DNA of 64,000 bases from the human T2T-CHM13v2.0 reference genome, Homo sapiens: NCBI RefSeq assembly GCF_009914755.1, contig NC_060933.1. One strand, given 5' to 3'. The stretch's first letter is position 1. Each line of letters starts with the position of its first letter. The position numbers and the translations under genes are program-made. Shown piece by piece: positions 12,373 to 25,910 of this stretch. Under the pieces are notes generated by a model, which worked only from the letters and a program-made list of their open reading frames with translations, was not told where the DNA came from and ran no database searches.

Positions 12373-12544
12373 CAGAGTTCTCAAAGCTGGTGGCACAGCA
12401 CAGTCACCTGGAGGGCTTGTGAAGATGACTGACAGCTGGCTCCCATCCCCAGATATGAGGCGTTAACCAGCCTGGAATGGGGCCCGAGCACTGCTTTTAA
12501 GAGCAATCCAGGTGATTCTGTGCACTCAGCGTTGGAAGCCACTG
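12373..12544. mobile_element. MER5-like hAT-Charlie MITE in intron 6
   Basis: cagagttctcaaa...cacctggag...ccaggtgattctg...ccactg. Confidence 0.7.
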
Positions 12545-12758
12545 CGACAGGGACCCAATCACAGGGCGCTTTAAATGTCTGTTTCCCCCAGGAGTCTGTG
12601 AGCATCCCGGGGGCAGGAGGCTGCCTCAGTCCCAGGTCTCTGCCCAGTGTTCAGTTCAGGCCTGACCCCTTGTAGGTTCTCAGCAAAGGAGCGGGGGCAG
12701 GGCAGGATGCAGAGCCCTGGAAATGCTGAAGCCAGTAGGGAGGCAGGGCACGGGTCAC

Positions 12759-12971
12759 CTTGGCGTGGGTGTTGAGCAGCTTGAACAGGGCCATGACGAG
12801 GGCCTCCACAGAGACGCTGCCGCCACGGTACTCATCCAGGTAGTAGGCCATGGTGGTGTGTTCCTGCTCGTTCAGCAGGTGCCGAGCCTGCTCCTCCAGC
12901 AGCACTCGTGTCTGGTTCCCCAGGCTGCTCAGGGTCACCTGGGAGCCGGCTGGGCCCTTGTAAAATCCTGG
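12759..12971 (-). CDS. WHRN: WHRN exon 6 (213 nt), harmonin-homology domain 2
   Basis: Acceptor gtcttgcag|CCA and donor AAG|gtgacc. Encodes PGFYKGPAGSQ...ALFKLLNTHAK. Confidence 0.97.
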
Positions 12972-13412
12972 CTGCAAGACAGAAAGATAGAAGCCCAGGA
13001 ATTCTTAGCTGCTCTAGAGCTGAGTGGCCATGCCACTCCCCCTCTGCCCTTCCATCCTGTCTAAGTGTGGTGTTTCATCTGTTATTCTCCCTCATAACCC
13101 CCAGCACCTTGCCTTGATAGTACTATCTTTCTTAATTAGAATTTGTTTTGTCTTTACATCTCCTTCACTGAGTAAAACCCGCATGAGGGCAGGGACCTGG
13201 TCTGCTCTGTTCATTGCCATCAACCCTGGTGCCAGAGGTAGTGCCCAGAACCTAGCAGTCAGTCACAGATAAGTGGGCTGGGGGGTGGGCAGATAAGGGG
13301 CTGCCCAGTTGGAATGAGGTAGTGTAAGTCACTCGGCACCCTCTGGCTGGCCAGACCTCCTCACTCAGGGAGCTGTGAGGAAGCAGAGAATACCCCTTAG
13401 AGGATGTCCTAC

Positions 13413-13449
13413 CTTGTTTATTCCTTCTGTTGTGAGATCGCCAAGAAAC
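13413..13449 (-). CDS. WHRN: WHRN exon 5 (37 nt)
   Basis: Acceptor tttccccacag|G and donor AAG|gtagga. Completes a Gly codon then encodes FLGDLTTEGINK, restoring frame between exon 4 (ends phase 2) and exon 6. Confidence 0.95.
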
Positions 13450-13562
13450 CTGTGGGGAAAGACACACATCTCCAGTTGTGCATTTGAGCAGATCAAATGG
13501 GCGTGGGCAAGGGACAGGGTGACTTGGGGCAGGAAGAGCAAAGCTTCAAGAGAACCATGCAT
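13413..13562 (-). CDS. WHRN: Alternative first coding exon (5'-extended exon 5) of a C-terminal short whirlin isoform, novel N-terminus MHGSLEALLFLPQVTLSLAHAHLICSNAQLEMCVFPHR
   Basis: ATG at 13562 in context GCCACGATGC, in frame with exon 5, with no upstream ATG for ~335 nt. Consistent with my recollection of an annotated short human isoform. Confidence 0.7.
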
Positions 13563-13599
13563 CGTGGCCTCCACTCGCTGCCAGTTCAGTCTGGGGGCT

Positions 13600-13800
13600 A
13601 CTCAGGGGTAAAGGAAACTCCGGACAGACTGGCAGCGTCCAGCCTCCCAATCAGCAGTGTGCACGGCACCTCCAAAACCACCCGAGGTGGGCTCCTGAGT
13701 TGTTGCCAACCCCTCAGGACCAGGCAGGTAACACAAGGAGTGGAGGGAAGAAATGGTGATTGACAGGCAACCTCAGGGTCAGGCCAACCCTCAGGAGCTT
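13600..13800 (-). promoter_or_regulatory. Putative internal promoter in intron 4
   Basis: CCAATCAG (NF-Y) at 13647-13654, perfect PBX-PREP/MEIS decamer TGATTGACAG at 13757-13766, RFX-like half sites and several retained CpGs, all just upstream of the ATG at 13562. Confidence 0.55.
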
Positions 13801-13859
13801 AGGGGCCGGTGAACTGGAGATCCCAGATGCAACTCGCAGGTGCGGCTCAGCTCCAGCCG

Positions 13860-14010
13860 ATGTGGGCTCAGGCTGCCAGACTTCCTGATTTTTAAGAAGC
13901 ATCCAGAAATCCAGTTTTTTTTTTTATAGAAAACCTGGTATCTTTCTAGATGTTGGCAAGTAACTTTGAAAATGTTTAATACTATGCAGGTGAAAGGAAG
14001 GGAAGGGGGA

Positions 14011-14063
<53 letters not shown>

Positions 14064-14137
14064 AGACACAGACAGACAGACAGACAGACATGCTCTGCAG
14101 TGTATTTGGCCAGGTGGCCACCAGGCTGAGATTTCTG
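13860..14137. mobile_element. MER103-like hAT-Charlie fragment interrupted by the (AC)n repeat
   Basis: ctgccagacttcctgatttttaagaagcatccagaaatccag...tgttggcaa resembles MER103C as recalled. Confidence 0.5.
14012..14090. repeat. (AC)24 microsatellite followed by (GACA)n
   Basis: Read directly from the sequence. Confidence 0.97.
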
Positions 14138-14639
14138 ATGAAGATCAAAAGGTGACACATTACACTGTTGGCAACTATGCAGCCACCTGGCAACTGGATC
14201 TCAGTTTATGACTTTAAGACCCTCTCACCCAGATTTCTTCATGGGATCCAGCCTGGTGGCCTCTGGCCAAATACACCCCAAAGCATCTCTCTCTTTCCCT
14301 CTCCCTCCCTCTCTTTCATCTGCACAGATCTGGGATGAGGGCAGGGTTATGGTCCCCACTTTTTGGATGAAGCAACTAAGGTCTATAGAATGAGTTAAGT
14401 AATTTGGGGACAAATAAAGAATGAGACAGTTGGATGGTGTATTTCAGCTTTCCATGGGGAAACTGAGGCCAAGAGAGGAGAGGGATGTGCCCAGGTCATG
14501 TCCTGCCAATGGAGGGCCCTGGTGTGGGGACTGCAGGCTGAGAGGAGAGCCAGGGCGGTGGAGGGATGGGAGGCAGCTATCACTGGCTTTCAGAAATGGC
14601 CCTGGGGTCTGGAGATTGGAGCGAGCAGAGTGGCCAGAC

Positions 14640-14842
14640 CCTGCCGAGTTCGCCATGGTCTCCCTGATCCGGGAACTGGCGATCCACTTGGTCTCGTCCA
14701 CAGTGGTGCGGGCATGGGGCAGCCTCCCGACGTCCTTCACTGTCAGGATGAGGTGCCGAGATGACTTAAGCAGCCTGACAGCCTCGTCGTGTAGGATGTT
14801 GAGAAAGCTCCGCCCATTCACTTCTAGAATCTGGTCCCCAAC
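14640..14842 (-). CDS. WHRN: WHRN exon 4 (203 nt), C-terminal half of PDZ2 plus linker
   Basis: Acceptor cttggcag|GTT and weak donor AGG|gtctgg. Encodes VGDQILEVNGRSFLNILHDEAVRLLKSSRHLILTVKDVGRLPHARTTVDETKWIASSRIRETMANSAG. An internal ATG at 14656 sits in the strong context GAGACCATGG. Confidence 0.96.
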
Positions 14843-15410
14843 CTGCCAAGATCACCACACAACACAGTCACCTGGGCTGTTTGCAGGATTCACACTAGGG
14901 ACTTCACAGCCCAGATCCCAATTCTCCTCTGGGCCAGCCTGTCAAGGAGGTCATCCAGGATCAGAGAGGATGTGAGGATGCCTGAGGGTCACACAGCAAG
15001 TCAATAGCAGTGCTGGCCTTCTGATCCTGACCCAGAGTCCATGCTCTTGTCATCAAAAGGGGGCATGTCCCCATGACTCAGCAATGGCTTTGAGGGGTGG
15101 GTCTACGATGACATTCCAAGGGTCCCCTTATCTAGAAACAACAGTCATCTCAGGGCCAAGGTGGGCGTGAAGCTGGGGTAGGATGAGGCAAGCCATGAAG
15201 GTGGACATCCGTAATTTTCCTCCTACACTTGTACTTTGTTGAGGTTTTTACCTCAACCATGCATTCTTATATTACCTTAAAATGTAAACAAAACTTTAAT
15301 CTACTAAAAGAAACAGCAATAAATGAGAAAATTAGTTTTCCATTAAAGCAGTACATATGGCTTAGATTCTTACAAGGAGGCAGCTTTATTTTGTAATTAA
15401 AAAAATATTT

Positions 15411-15701
<291 letters not shown>

Positions 15702-16476
15702 TTAATGAAGGAATGTAAAAACAGAGGCAAAAAATAAAACTAGCCTTCCAATAAAAACAAATATGTGACAGAAATAGAAGGGGTTGAAAGGGAAGATGCT
15801 GCAGGGTATGATGGGACCGCACCTTTAAACTCGGGGTTCCTTTCACAAATGGGTCAACTGAGGTCCAAGGACGGGAAAGGGCTGCCCAGGGTCATGTGCC
15901 ACTGAGGCCTTGAAGGGCAGCCTCACAATGCTGGTTATTCTTGGCTGTTTTTCCTTTTCCCCAGTTTCCCAGCCTGCTGAGAGCACATGATCAACTCCTG
16001 TAGGTTTATCCAGCATTTTTCAAAGATTTGGAAAAGGTAAGACAAATGGGAGCTTGGGAGAAAAGAAGATGGGATTACCAGGCTGAGAACCAAAACCCTG
16101 CTCCCCAGTTCCCCGGCTTTTCTTGAATGCCTCACCCCAGTTGGGAGTTTCCAGTATAGAAAGTGGTTACAAAGACAGACTTTACCTCTCTCCTCTGCAC
16201 CGGCTTTGACACACTCAGGGGAGGCTTGCTGCCTCTGCCTCCATGACTCTAACAGAGTGGGGTCTGTGCTGCATTTCAAGCATTCACCACCATTTACTGC
16301 AATGCCTACTGTGTGCTGGGATGTTGTGCTGAGCAGGATAATCTGCTCCTGTTCCATTTAGCTCACGATCAAGGGTGAGCTCAGCTTTGCGTGATGACTG
16401 AGTTTCCCCATCAGCCTCTCCACACTGTATCCCCAGGGCCCAGCACACAGTAGGAATTAAAAAAATCATCAGATGA

Positions 16477-16771
<295 letters not shown>

Positions 16772-17358
16772 TCAGATTAATAAAAAGACACGCATTTCCA
16801 TCTATTCCAACTCCAGGACCATCTCTGCTGCAGCTCAGAGATGCACATTACACCAGCCTTCTTTGTCCCTTTATATGTTTTCTCCTTAATATCACCAACG
16901 TCCTATAAAGTAAGTATCATAGCTCTCCATTTCACTAGAGAGGAAACTGAGGCTCAGAAAGGTTAAGCACATAGTTTGTGGTCACAGTGCTAGTGAAAAG
17001 GAGTGCTGATTTGCACATCCAGGTCAGGCCAGCACCAAGGCCCCTCTGCTTTCTACTGCTGGGCTGCTGCCCGGAGCGCTGTTTGGGGACCACGTGATAT
17101 CGCTTCAAATCCAGCGTGTCCAAAGCTACTGTGCTGCCATCCTTTCCCTGACCCTGCCTGCAGCAGCCAGATCTGAAAACTTCATCTCATCATCAACTCT
17201 GCCTTTACCCCCCTGAGCAGATCCTTCAGCAAATCCCGTCCTCCACCCCCATCAGCCCCCTGACCTCGGTTCCTACCTGCTCCCTCCCACGTGAGCGAGC
17301 TAGCATCCTCATCACTGTGCATTTACATCTAAACTGGCCAGACATAGTACCAGATTAA

Positions 17359-17660
<302 letters not shown>

Positions 17661-18462
17661 AGTGTCAGATTAATTTCATCAACTTTTTGCTTTGATGACA
17701 TCTCTCCCTGCTTAAACACCTCCCATGACCCCTCATAATCTAGGAGGAAGCAAAGCACTATGGCTAATGGTTTCAAAGACAATCAGATCTGGGTTCAAAT
17801 GCTAACTCTATCACTTCCGTGCCACATGGCCCCACAAAACCCACAATAGCTTTTGTGCCTCACTTTCGTTGGGAGTAAAAAGGGAGTCCTAGCCCAGGAT
17901 TGTCCTTCTCCAAATATCTAAAGTCAGCAGCATCTCAATGCCACATGCTTTCACCATGCCCCCAGCAATATCTGCAATTCTCTTTCTCTCTTTTTATGTC
18001 TCTGAGCTCCCCGGTTGAGAAGCCAGGGACCCTGAGAACTTCGGCAGCCCTGGCTGGTCTCCCTGTAAAGAGCGTGAGACAAGACCCAACACCTGGCTCG
18101 GGGCTTGGTACTCAGCAAGCACTCAATCAGTGCTTATGCATGCAGGTGTGGATACTGCCCTTCCCTATCTCGCCTCTGCAGCTCCCTCCTCCCCTCTCTC
18201 TCCCAGCTGGCTTTCGCTGATGCTAAGAGGCAGAGCTGTGCAGCTCTCCCAGGTACTCAGGCCTTACTGAGAGTGGAGGAGAAACTCATTCCTGCTGGGC
18301 TCACTGGCACCCAACTTGCTAAACCACCTCCCCACGTGGCAGCTCCATCTCTCATCTCTGCTGGGCAGGAATCTTCTCCGTTTCCACCTGCTGCTCTGAG
18401 CTGGAGCTGGCTGCACTCTTCATCGCGCAAGGGCTTTGTTTCCTTAAGTATGCCCCTCAATA

Positions 18463-18474
18463 GCTTTCGCTTTC
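18463..18474 (-). promoter_or_regulatory. Candidate IRF-E/ISRE element
   Basis: The minus strand reads GAAAGCGAAAGC, matching the IRF-1/2 consensus GAAASYGAAASY, in non-repeat sequence. Confidence 0.4.
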
Positions 18475-18687
18475 GTTGCGCTAAGGGCATCAATTTTAAT
18501 CTTCCCTTTAACACACTTTATATCATCCCTGCAGTTTAGTTAAAGGAACGGGCATCCAAGAGACCAGCTACGGAAGGGCATCCTTCTGTATGCAAGCCTC
18601 TTTCTATGGGTCCAGGCCAGGAGGGCAGTGAGGGGAGGGAACAACTCAATTCTATGAGCATCGACGTGGCCTTCTATGAGGCTGGGG

Positions 18688-18878
18688 GAAGGTTGCCGGA
18701 TAAAATATAGGATGCCCAGTTAAACTTGAATTTCAGAAAAACAAATGCTTTAAAAATATACATATGTCCCAAATATTGCATAGGGCATATACATACTAAA
18801 AAACATATTCATTGTTTATCTGCACTCAAATTTAAATGAGCATCCTGTGTTTTTATTACTGAAAATCTAGCCACCCTG
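18688..18878. mobile_element. MER53-like hAT MITE
   Basis: Palindromic structure from ggttgccggataaaatatagga to atctagccaccct. Confidence 0.75.
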
Positions 18879-21800
18879 GGGTGGAGGTATCAGTCACCTC
18901 TGGGACCAGTGGCTCTTATGGGGGCTGATTTAGTGTTGTGGCTTCCAAACCTAGGTCACTTCCCTCACCCTGAGCCTGGCACCTGGCACTTATGCAACCT
19001 GAGTCGCAGGAATTACCCAGCATCCCACTTACTTCAGCCTCATCCTAGGCATTAATATGCGTGAAATCCCAGGTTGGCTGTGCGAGTCACATTGTCCTCA
19101 TGCCTGTTAAGTAAATATATCCCTACCAGATTTGAAGAGGCAGCATAGATTCCTGTGCAATCTGCCTGGGGAACGGCTGTGAAATGGGAGTCACACTTGG
19201 GAAACCCTGACTTACTGGGGACGTGTAAGCCCATCTTCCCAATCTCTTTTCAATCCTCTCCTGTCTCTTCTTCCTCCAGAGCCTGTGTTCAAACCAAAGT
19301 GCTAGGTAGGACTGGCTTCAGGGTCTCCACAGGGCCCTCCGCAGCATGTGAGTTGATTTTGAGTGGCTCCCATTTTTCTGTGTCCAGCTCTCTCCCTTTT
19401 CCTCTACTTGTTGGAAAGCTTCCCCAGGTCTAGGAGCCCTGTCAGAAGAGCTGTCTACACGATCACTGTGATGTAGAGTCCACAAACCACTTTCAACCAA
19501 GTCTGGTGTCTTCTCTGCTGCTAGTGTCCTAGTGTCACCCCGTGTGGCCAGTGGAGTGTGGAGTCCCATCCCTACATTGCAGCCTCTAGTTTTAAAGCCA
19601 GGCAACCGTGACATAGTAGCTGAGTGGCCCCGCACAGCTCTCAAGTACAACCTGAGTCTCAGTTTTGTCATCTATAAGATGGGCATGATACTACCACTAG
19701 TTCCCAGGTAGCTGTGAGAATCAAATGGAACCACCCTGCACAGAGCCTGAGACACATCAGGCTTTCCATGGCTTCTCATGTGCTTCTCTTCCAGATACAG
19801 GAGACAGGTTCAGAGATGTTGAGGGACTTGCTCAAGGTCACTGGTCGTACTGGAAGTAAACAAATGAACCAGCCTTTGAGCCTAATCTTCTCATCTTCTT
19901 CCTACCAGCCTATGCCACCTTCACCCCAGCACAGCACTGGCATGCGGGAGATGCTTAGGAAATAGTGAATGGATGGGGGGACCCGGCCTTCCTCCTCTCT
20001 TGTTCTCACTTCTGTTTGTTTCCCCTTTCCCGTCAGTTGGTGTGAGTGAATTTGGAGGCAGCATGTTTAAAGATCTTACTCTCACTCTTTCCCAAAGAAA
20101 ACTAAGAGCTCTGTTTGTTTGTTCATTGCAATGTGGCTTTTTCCTACCCACTGAAACCAACTCAGAGTTAGACGGCACAGGAAAATAAAGCAGAAAATAG
20201 AGGCAAAGATGCTGTATCCATCGGGGCCTTCCAAGGCGTCTCTTATAGATGCAGAATCCAAGGCTCAGAAAGGACAGGAACATGTCTAGGGCCACAGAGC
20301 AAGGCAACAGCAAAGCCCAGACCCACAGCTAACCGTGGAAACACTCATATCCCTCCACCAGAGCTCACTGGGACAGGACGTGCTGGAGATAGGAGAGACA
20401 GGTGCCAAGTGTGATCGAGTGTCTAATATTGCTCAGCTTGCTTGCAGGGCACTGATGGGGAGGACAAGGAAAGATAAACGAATAAAGGCAGCTTTATTTT
20501 ATTTGTCACCATGGGAATCCTATTTGTCACCACTGATGGAGGAGTGGAGGGTGGACCATGGAATGCCCTTCATTTTAAGGCAGAGGAAAGACTCCTCCAT
20601 CATCCACAGCCCACTGAGTGACTGGCTCATGTTCAGACACTTTGAGAAGAGCACGGCGGGGCTTCAATAAGGGCAGGATACCGATTTCCCTGAAATTGGC
20701 CAACCACCAGTAAGCAGAGAATTCAATTCCCTTAGGTCTGGGGCAGGCGCAGGAGCCCCAGGAGGAGAGGGGACCCTCGTAACAGCGGAAACACTCAGTG
20801 GACCTTGCTGGGTTAACGGAGCCCTCTTACTCTCCAAGAGACCTGAGGAAAATAATTTCATTGTTCTAAGCCTTCCTTCCCAAAATGGGAACAAGACCAC
20901 TAACAGCTAGTGTGTTGTGCAAAGTACACCAGTGGCCATCTGGTGTGTGTTTCTGAGCACAGACCCAGGAGTCTCTGACTAATTCTACACTCTGTCACTT
21001 ACTTGCTGTATGACCTTGGGTAATTGACTTCACTTCTCTGTGCCTGTTACCTCCTCTGGAAAATAGAGATCATATCAGTACCTGGTTGACAAATGAGTTA
21101 ATACATTCCCCAGTGTATCACCAACACTTAAAACAGGGTCTGGCACATAGTAGGTGCTCAATAAATATTTACTGAATGAACAAGTATAAAGCACATAAAC
21201 AAGTAGCTAACATACAGTAACTGCATGGGTCTCCATGGGGCCATAAATGCAATAAATGCATTTTTGAAAGCCATGCTTATCCCTGAATTCACCTGTTGAT
21301 CACTCACCAACCAAATCTAGCAATTCTACCTCCAGGGTGTCTCTCAGCACCACCCTCTACCTTTCCACCTACCTTCCCCAGGGCCCTGCCTCTGGCTTCC
21401 ACTGACCTACACACATTGACCACACCCATGAAACTCATATTTTAACCCCATTTTACAGATGAGGAAGCCGAGGACGGGAAGTAGAGTCATTAAGAGCTGG
21501 GATCTGGCCTTCATTCTACCAGCCAGCAAGGCCCCTGCACGAACCAATACCACACTCTCCTTTAAGAAAAGCCAGCCTGCCCTTCCTCTACTTCTTACCC
21601 CTCCCAGCCCTGGGCTTTAGGCCATGCACTCAGTAGGTGCTGTATTCGTGCCCGATGAAGGGAACTGGCAGGAAGAACCTGTGGCGGAATGGCAGTAGCT
21701 TCGAGCTCCCTCGCCAGAAGTTGTTAGGAGAGAAGGCTGCCAACAACCTGATCCCGAGGCTGAGCTGGGAGACGGGAATCCATCCTCTCAGGCCGCGCGT

Positions 21801-23059
21801 GCACCTGTACCAGCCACGCTGGGAAGGGCCCGAAAGAAGCCGATTTCAGAGTTGCCTTCAGCACCCTCCCAAGCCTGTGTTAAAATGGATCTTGCGGCTT
21901 CAAGGGAGGACCCTGTTGGCTACAGCATTATCACAAGGAAAATTCAAATTCTATTAAAGAGTTTTATTGCAATTATGAATCTTTAATAGTTTTCCATGTC
22001 AGGTGTAAAACTTTAATGGGCTGTTTTTTTTTCTTTCATTACAAGTAAGCAATACAGTTTTAATGAGACATTAGTTTTTCCCAACAGTTCAAAAGTCAGT
22101 AAAGCTTGTCCATATTTTGAAAAAGAAAATAAAAAGATGCAGGTAATTGCTAAGACAGTTCCTGGAGCAAGCTCAGGGTATGGGCTGGGTCTGGGTGAGC
22201 TCTTCACCCAACCCTCTCTGGTTTAGAGCTCTCACAAGGCAGAACCTAACCAGAAATGCTGTGGATGGACCCGGCAAGGCTAATGCACACTGACTCCCAA
22301 TATGGTCCATGCTTCCTTCCGGTTCTCTCTTCTGACATTGGCAGATCCGTTGTTAGTACCTGCTTACTCTATTCACCACACAGGAAGCCTCAATGAAGGC
22401 CTGCTCTAACCCAGCCATCAATCAAAACTGAGGCCAGAAAGGGGAAAGAACTTGCCCAAGGTCATACTCTGAGTCAAGGTCAAACCTGAGTTCTTCCCAA
22501 AGGAAAATCTGGCTTCCAAAGTAAACAGAGAAATTACAGAGGTCAAACACAGAAAGAATAACAATTACCAACCCCCAAGTGCCTTGCTTAGGCCAGCTAC
22601 CTTGTACAGTTTAGCTCTAAACTTAATAGGCACCGCCTGAGACATGGAAGGGTCCGTGTTTCATAGATGACAGCAGTGAGGCTCAGAGAGGTGAAGCTAC
22701 TTGCCCAAGGACACCCAGCAAGCAAGTAGCAGAGTGGGATTTGAAGCCAAACCAATTGCTATTCTGAGACCCAGACCTGCAATAATGGAAATGTTCTATA
22801 ACTAGGCTGTCCAACAACTATTATTTACATTTAAATTACAATAAAATTAAAAATTCACTCCCCCAGTCACACAAGTTCCATTTCACTAGCCACATGTGAC
22901 TAATGGCCACCATCCTGAACAAGCCTAAACACAGCCCCAGATCAAACCCCTGACCTTCTCCGATTCTTTCCTCCAAGCCTGGTCCTTCTCCGGGGCTCCT
23001 CATCTCATTGCTCAATCCTAAAATTCCAAACCCACTGGATCTATCATCAAGCCCAATGC

Positions 23060-23735
23060 ATTTTACTTTCCCTTCCAAAAGGACCCTCCATCTTCACTAA
23101 CTCCACTCGGATCCCAGCTGTCCTTGTCTCTCACCTGGACCATTACCACAGCCTCCTAAGGGGCCTCCCTGCTTCTACTTTCACCACCTTGCCCGATACT
23201 TTCCTTATGTAGAAGACAGATTCATTTAAACTGCAAACCTGATCTCGTCACACCCTCCTTTAAAATGCCCCAGTAGCTTCCAAGCTCCTCTGCCTAGCCT
23301 GAGAGGGGCCTTAGCATCCGAACCAATCTCGCACCTTCCTCCCCTACTGCTTTTTTTCCGATCCAACCATACTTGCCATCTCTCAGTTCACTCAACAGAT
23401 GGAGCCCTTTCCCCACTCCAGACCTTGGAGACCAGACCATTGTTCCTCTGCCCAAAACGTATTTCCCTTCATTCCTCACCTGGATAACACCTACTGAACG
23501 TCCAGGTCTTGGCTCCAATGACACCTCCTCCAAGAAGCCTTCTCCAGCTCCAAGGCAGATATCACTAATCCCCCTCGCCCAGGGCACCGTGCAGCACTCA
23601 CTCCCCACAGTTTGAGATCGTACTAGACTACAGACAGAGAGTTCAAAGTCAGTGCGCTGCACCCCCTTGAATGGCACATGGGAAACACCTGACAAATGCC
23701 TGACGGAATCCATGAATGAATGAATAAACAATTAA
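23060..23735 (+). mobile_element. L2 3' fragment
   Basis: tctcacctggaccattaccacagcctcctaa through a gaatgaatgaat tail. Confidence 0.7.
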
Positions 23736-24972
23736 ATAAATGGATGAGCAGGCATACAAACAAGCTAGTCCCCTCCCCATTCTGGTTCCTGCAGACAGGC
23801 CGGAGACATTTCCCATTTATGTAAAGGTTGCATTTGACAAGGCCAGGGCATGTAGGGAGGCTGGGTACATGCAGCCCAGCTCTACAGGCTGCAGCAGGGA
23901 AGGAGCATTTGATTTTTACAATCAAAGGGAAGACAAAGAGGTAAAAACACAAATCAGTTTTGTTTTTACAGGAATCACACTCTGGGAAATGGTGTACATT
24001 TAATCCAGCCCCTCATTCTGAAAGAAAGAAAACTAGGGTGAGAGGTAGAGGAGGGGTGTCACTGGTCCAAGGCTTCCTGGGCAGTTGGGGCAAAGCTGGA
24101 CCAGAATCCAGTCTACCACCTGCTTCAAGCTGCTCTGTAGACCTGCAAGAATCAAGTTCTCAAGCTCAAGTCCACAGCCTTCACAGACACAAACAGTGAC
24201 CAGCTGGAAGATAAGATGGAAGGAAGGGGAAACCTCATTTATAGTAGCAACAGAAGAGAAAAAACTACCAAGGAATAAACTTAACAAGAAATGTTAACAA
24301 CACCTATATGAAGAAAACTTCACACACTTCTAAAACACTCTAAAACACTCAAAATTACTCAACAAATAAAATATCCCCTTTTCTTGGAAAGGGTTCAGCA
24401 TTATCCAGACATCGGCTCTCTCTCAGCTCACTTACGTATTTAACATTATCCCAACAAAAACATCAACAAGCTTTTGTTAGAAAAGTCAGCAAAAATTCAT
24501 GGGGAAAAATAAAAATGCACAGGGAAAAGCCTTAAATGCATACTGCTAAGGGGAGGAAGCCAGTCTGAAAAGGCTACACACTGCATGGTTCCAACTATGT
24601 GATATTCTGAAACAGGCAAACTGATAGAGACACTGTAAAGATCAGTGGTTGCCTGAGGCTCAGGGAAGGATGAGAAGTAGAGCACAGAGGATTTTTAGAG
24701 GGGTGATACTCTTCTGTATTACACTATAATGTTTGATACATGACATTATGTATTGATCAAAATCCAATGAACTGTGAACCCTTATATAAAGTATGGACTA
24801 ATAAAAATATTATCCATATTTGCTCATCAACTGTAACAAATGTACCCCTTGTACACTAATACGAAATGTTAATAATAGGGGAAAATGTGTTGGGGACGGG
24901 TTGGGGCAGAGGAGGTATAATGGGAACTCTGTAGTTCCCACTCAATTTTTCTGTAAACCTAAAGCTGCTCTA

Positions 24973-25360
<388 letters not shown>

Positions 25361-25910
25361 CTATTTAAAAATAAAAACAATTTTTAAAATCTAAAAGTAT
25401 AAAATGCACGAATGGCTATGAGAAACCCTGATACAGAAAAGCTACTAGAGAAGCTACCAGACACTAAAGCCTGCTCTAAATCCTCCGTAATTACACCAGT
25501 GTAGCACTGACTCATGAGTAGACAGACAGGCGGTGAAACAGACTAGAAATAGGCCCAAGGACACACAACATTTTAGTGTATGATAAAGGTGGCACTACAA
25601 ATCACTGTGACAAAGACAGACTTTTTAATATGCAGTAGTAGGATAAATGAGTAGCTATTTAGAAAAAGATAAATCATGCCCTCTATAAGACTAAATGCCA
25701 AACAGATCAGAGGTCTAAAGGAAAAATGTATTTATAGGCATTAAGAGAAAAAATAGATAAGTTCATCTATACCCTGGGCATAAGGAAACATGTAACCTGA
25801 CTCAAATTCAATAAAAGAAAGGATTAATAATTAAATTAGATTTAAAATGTATAAAACTTTTGTATTAAAAAAACTCTATAAGCAAAGTCAAAAGAAAATG
25901 ACAACCAGCA

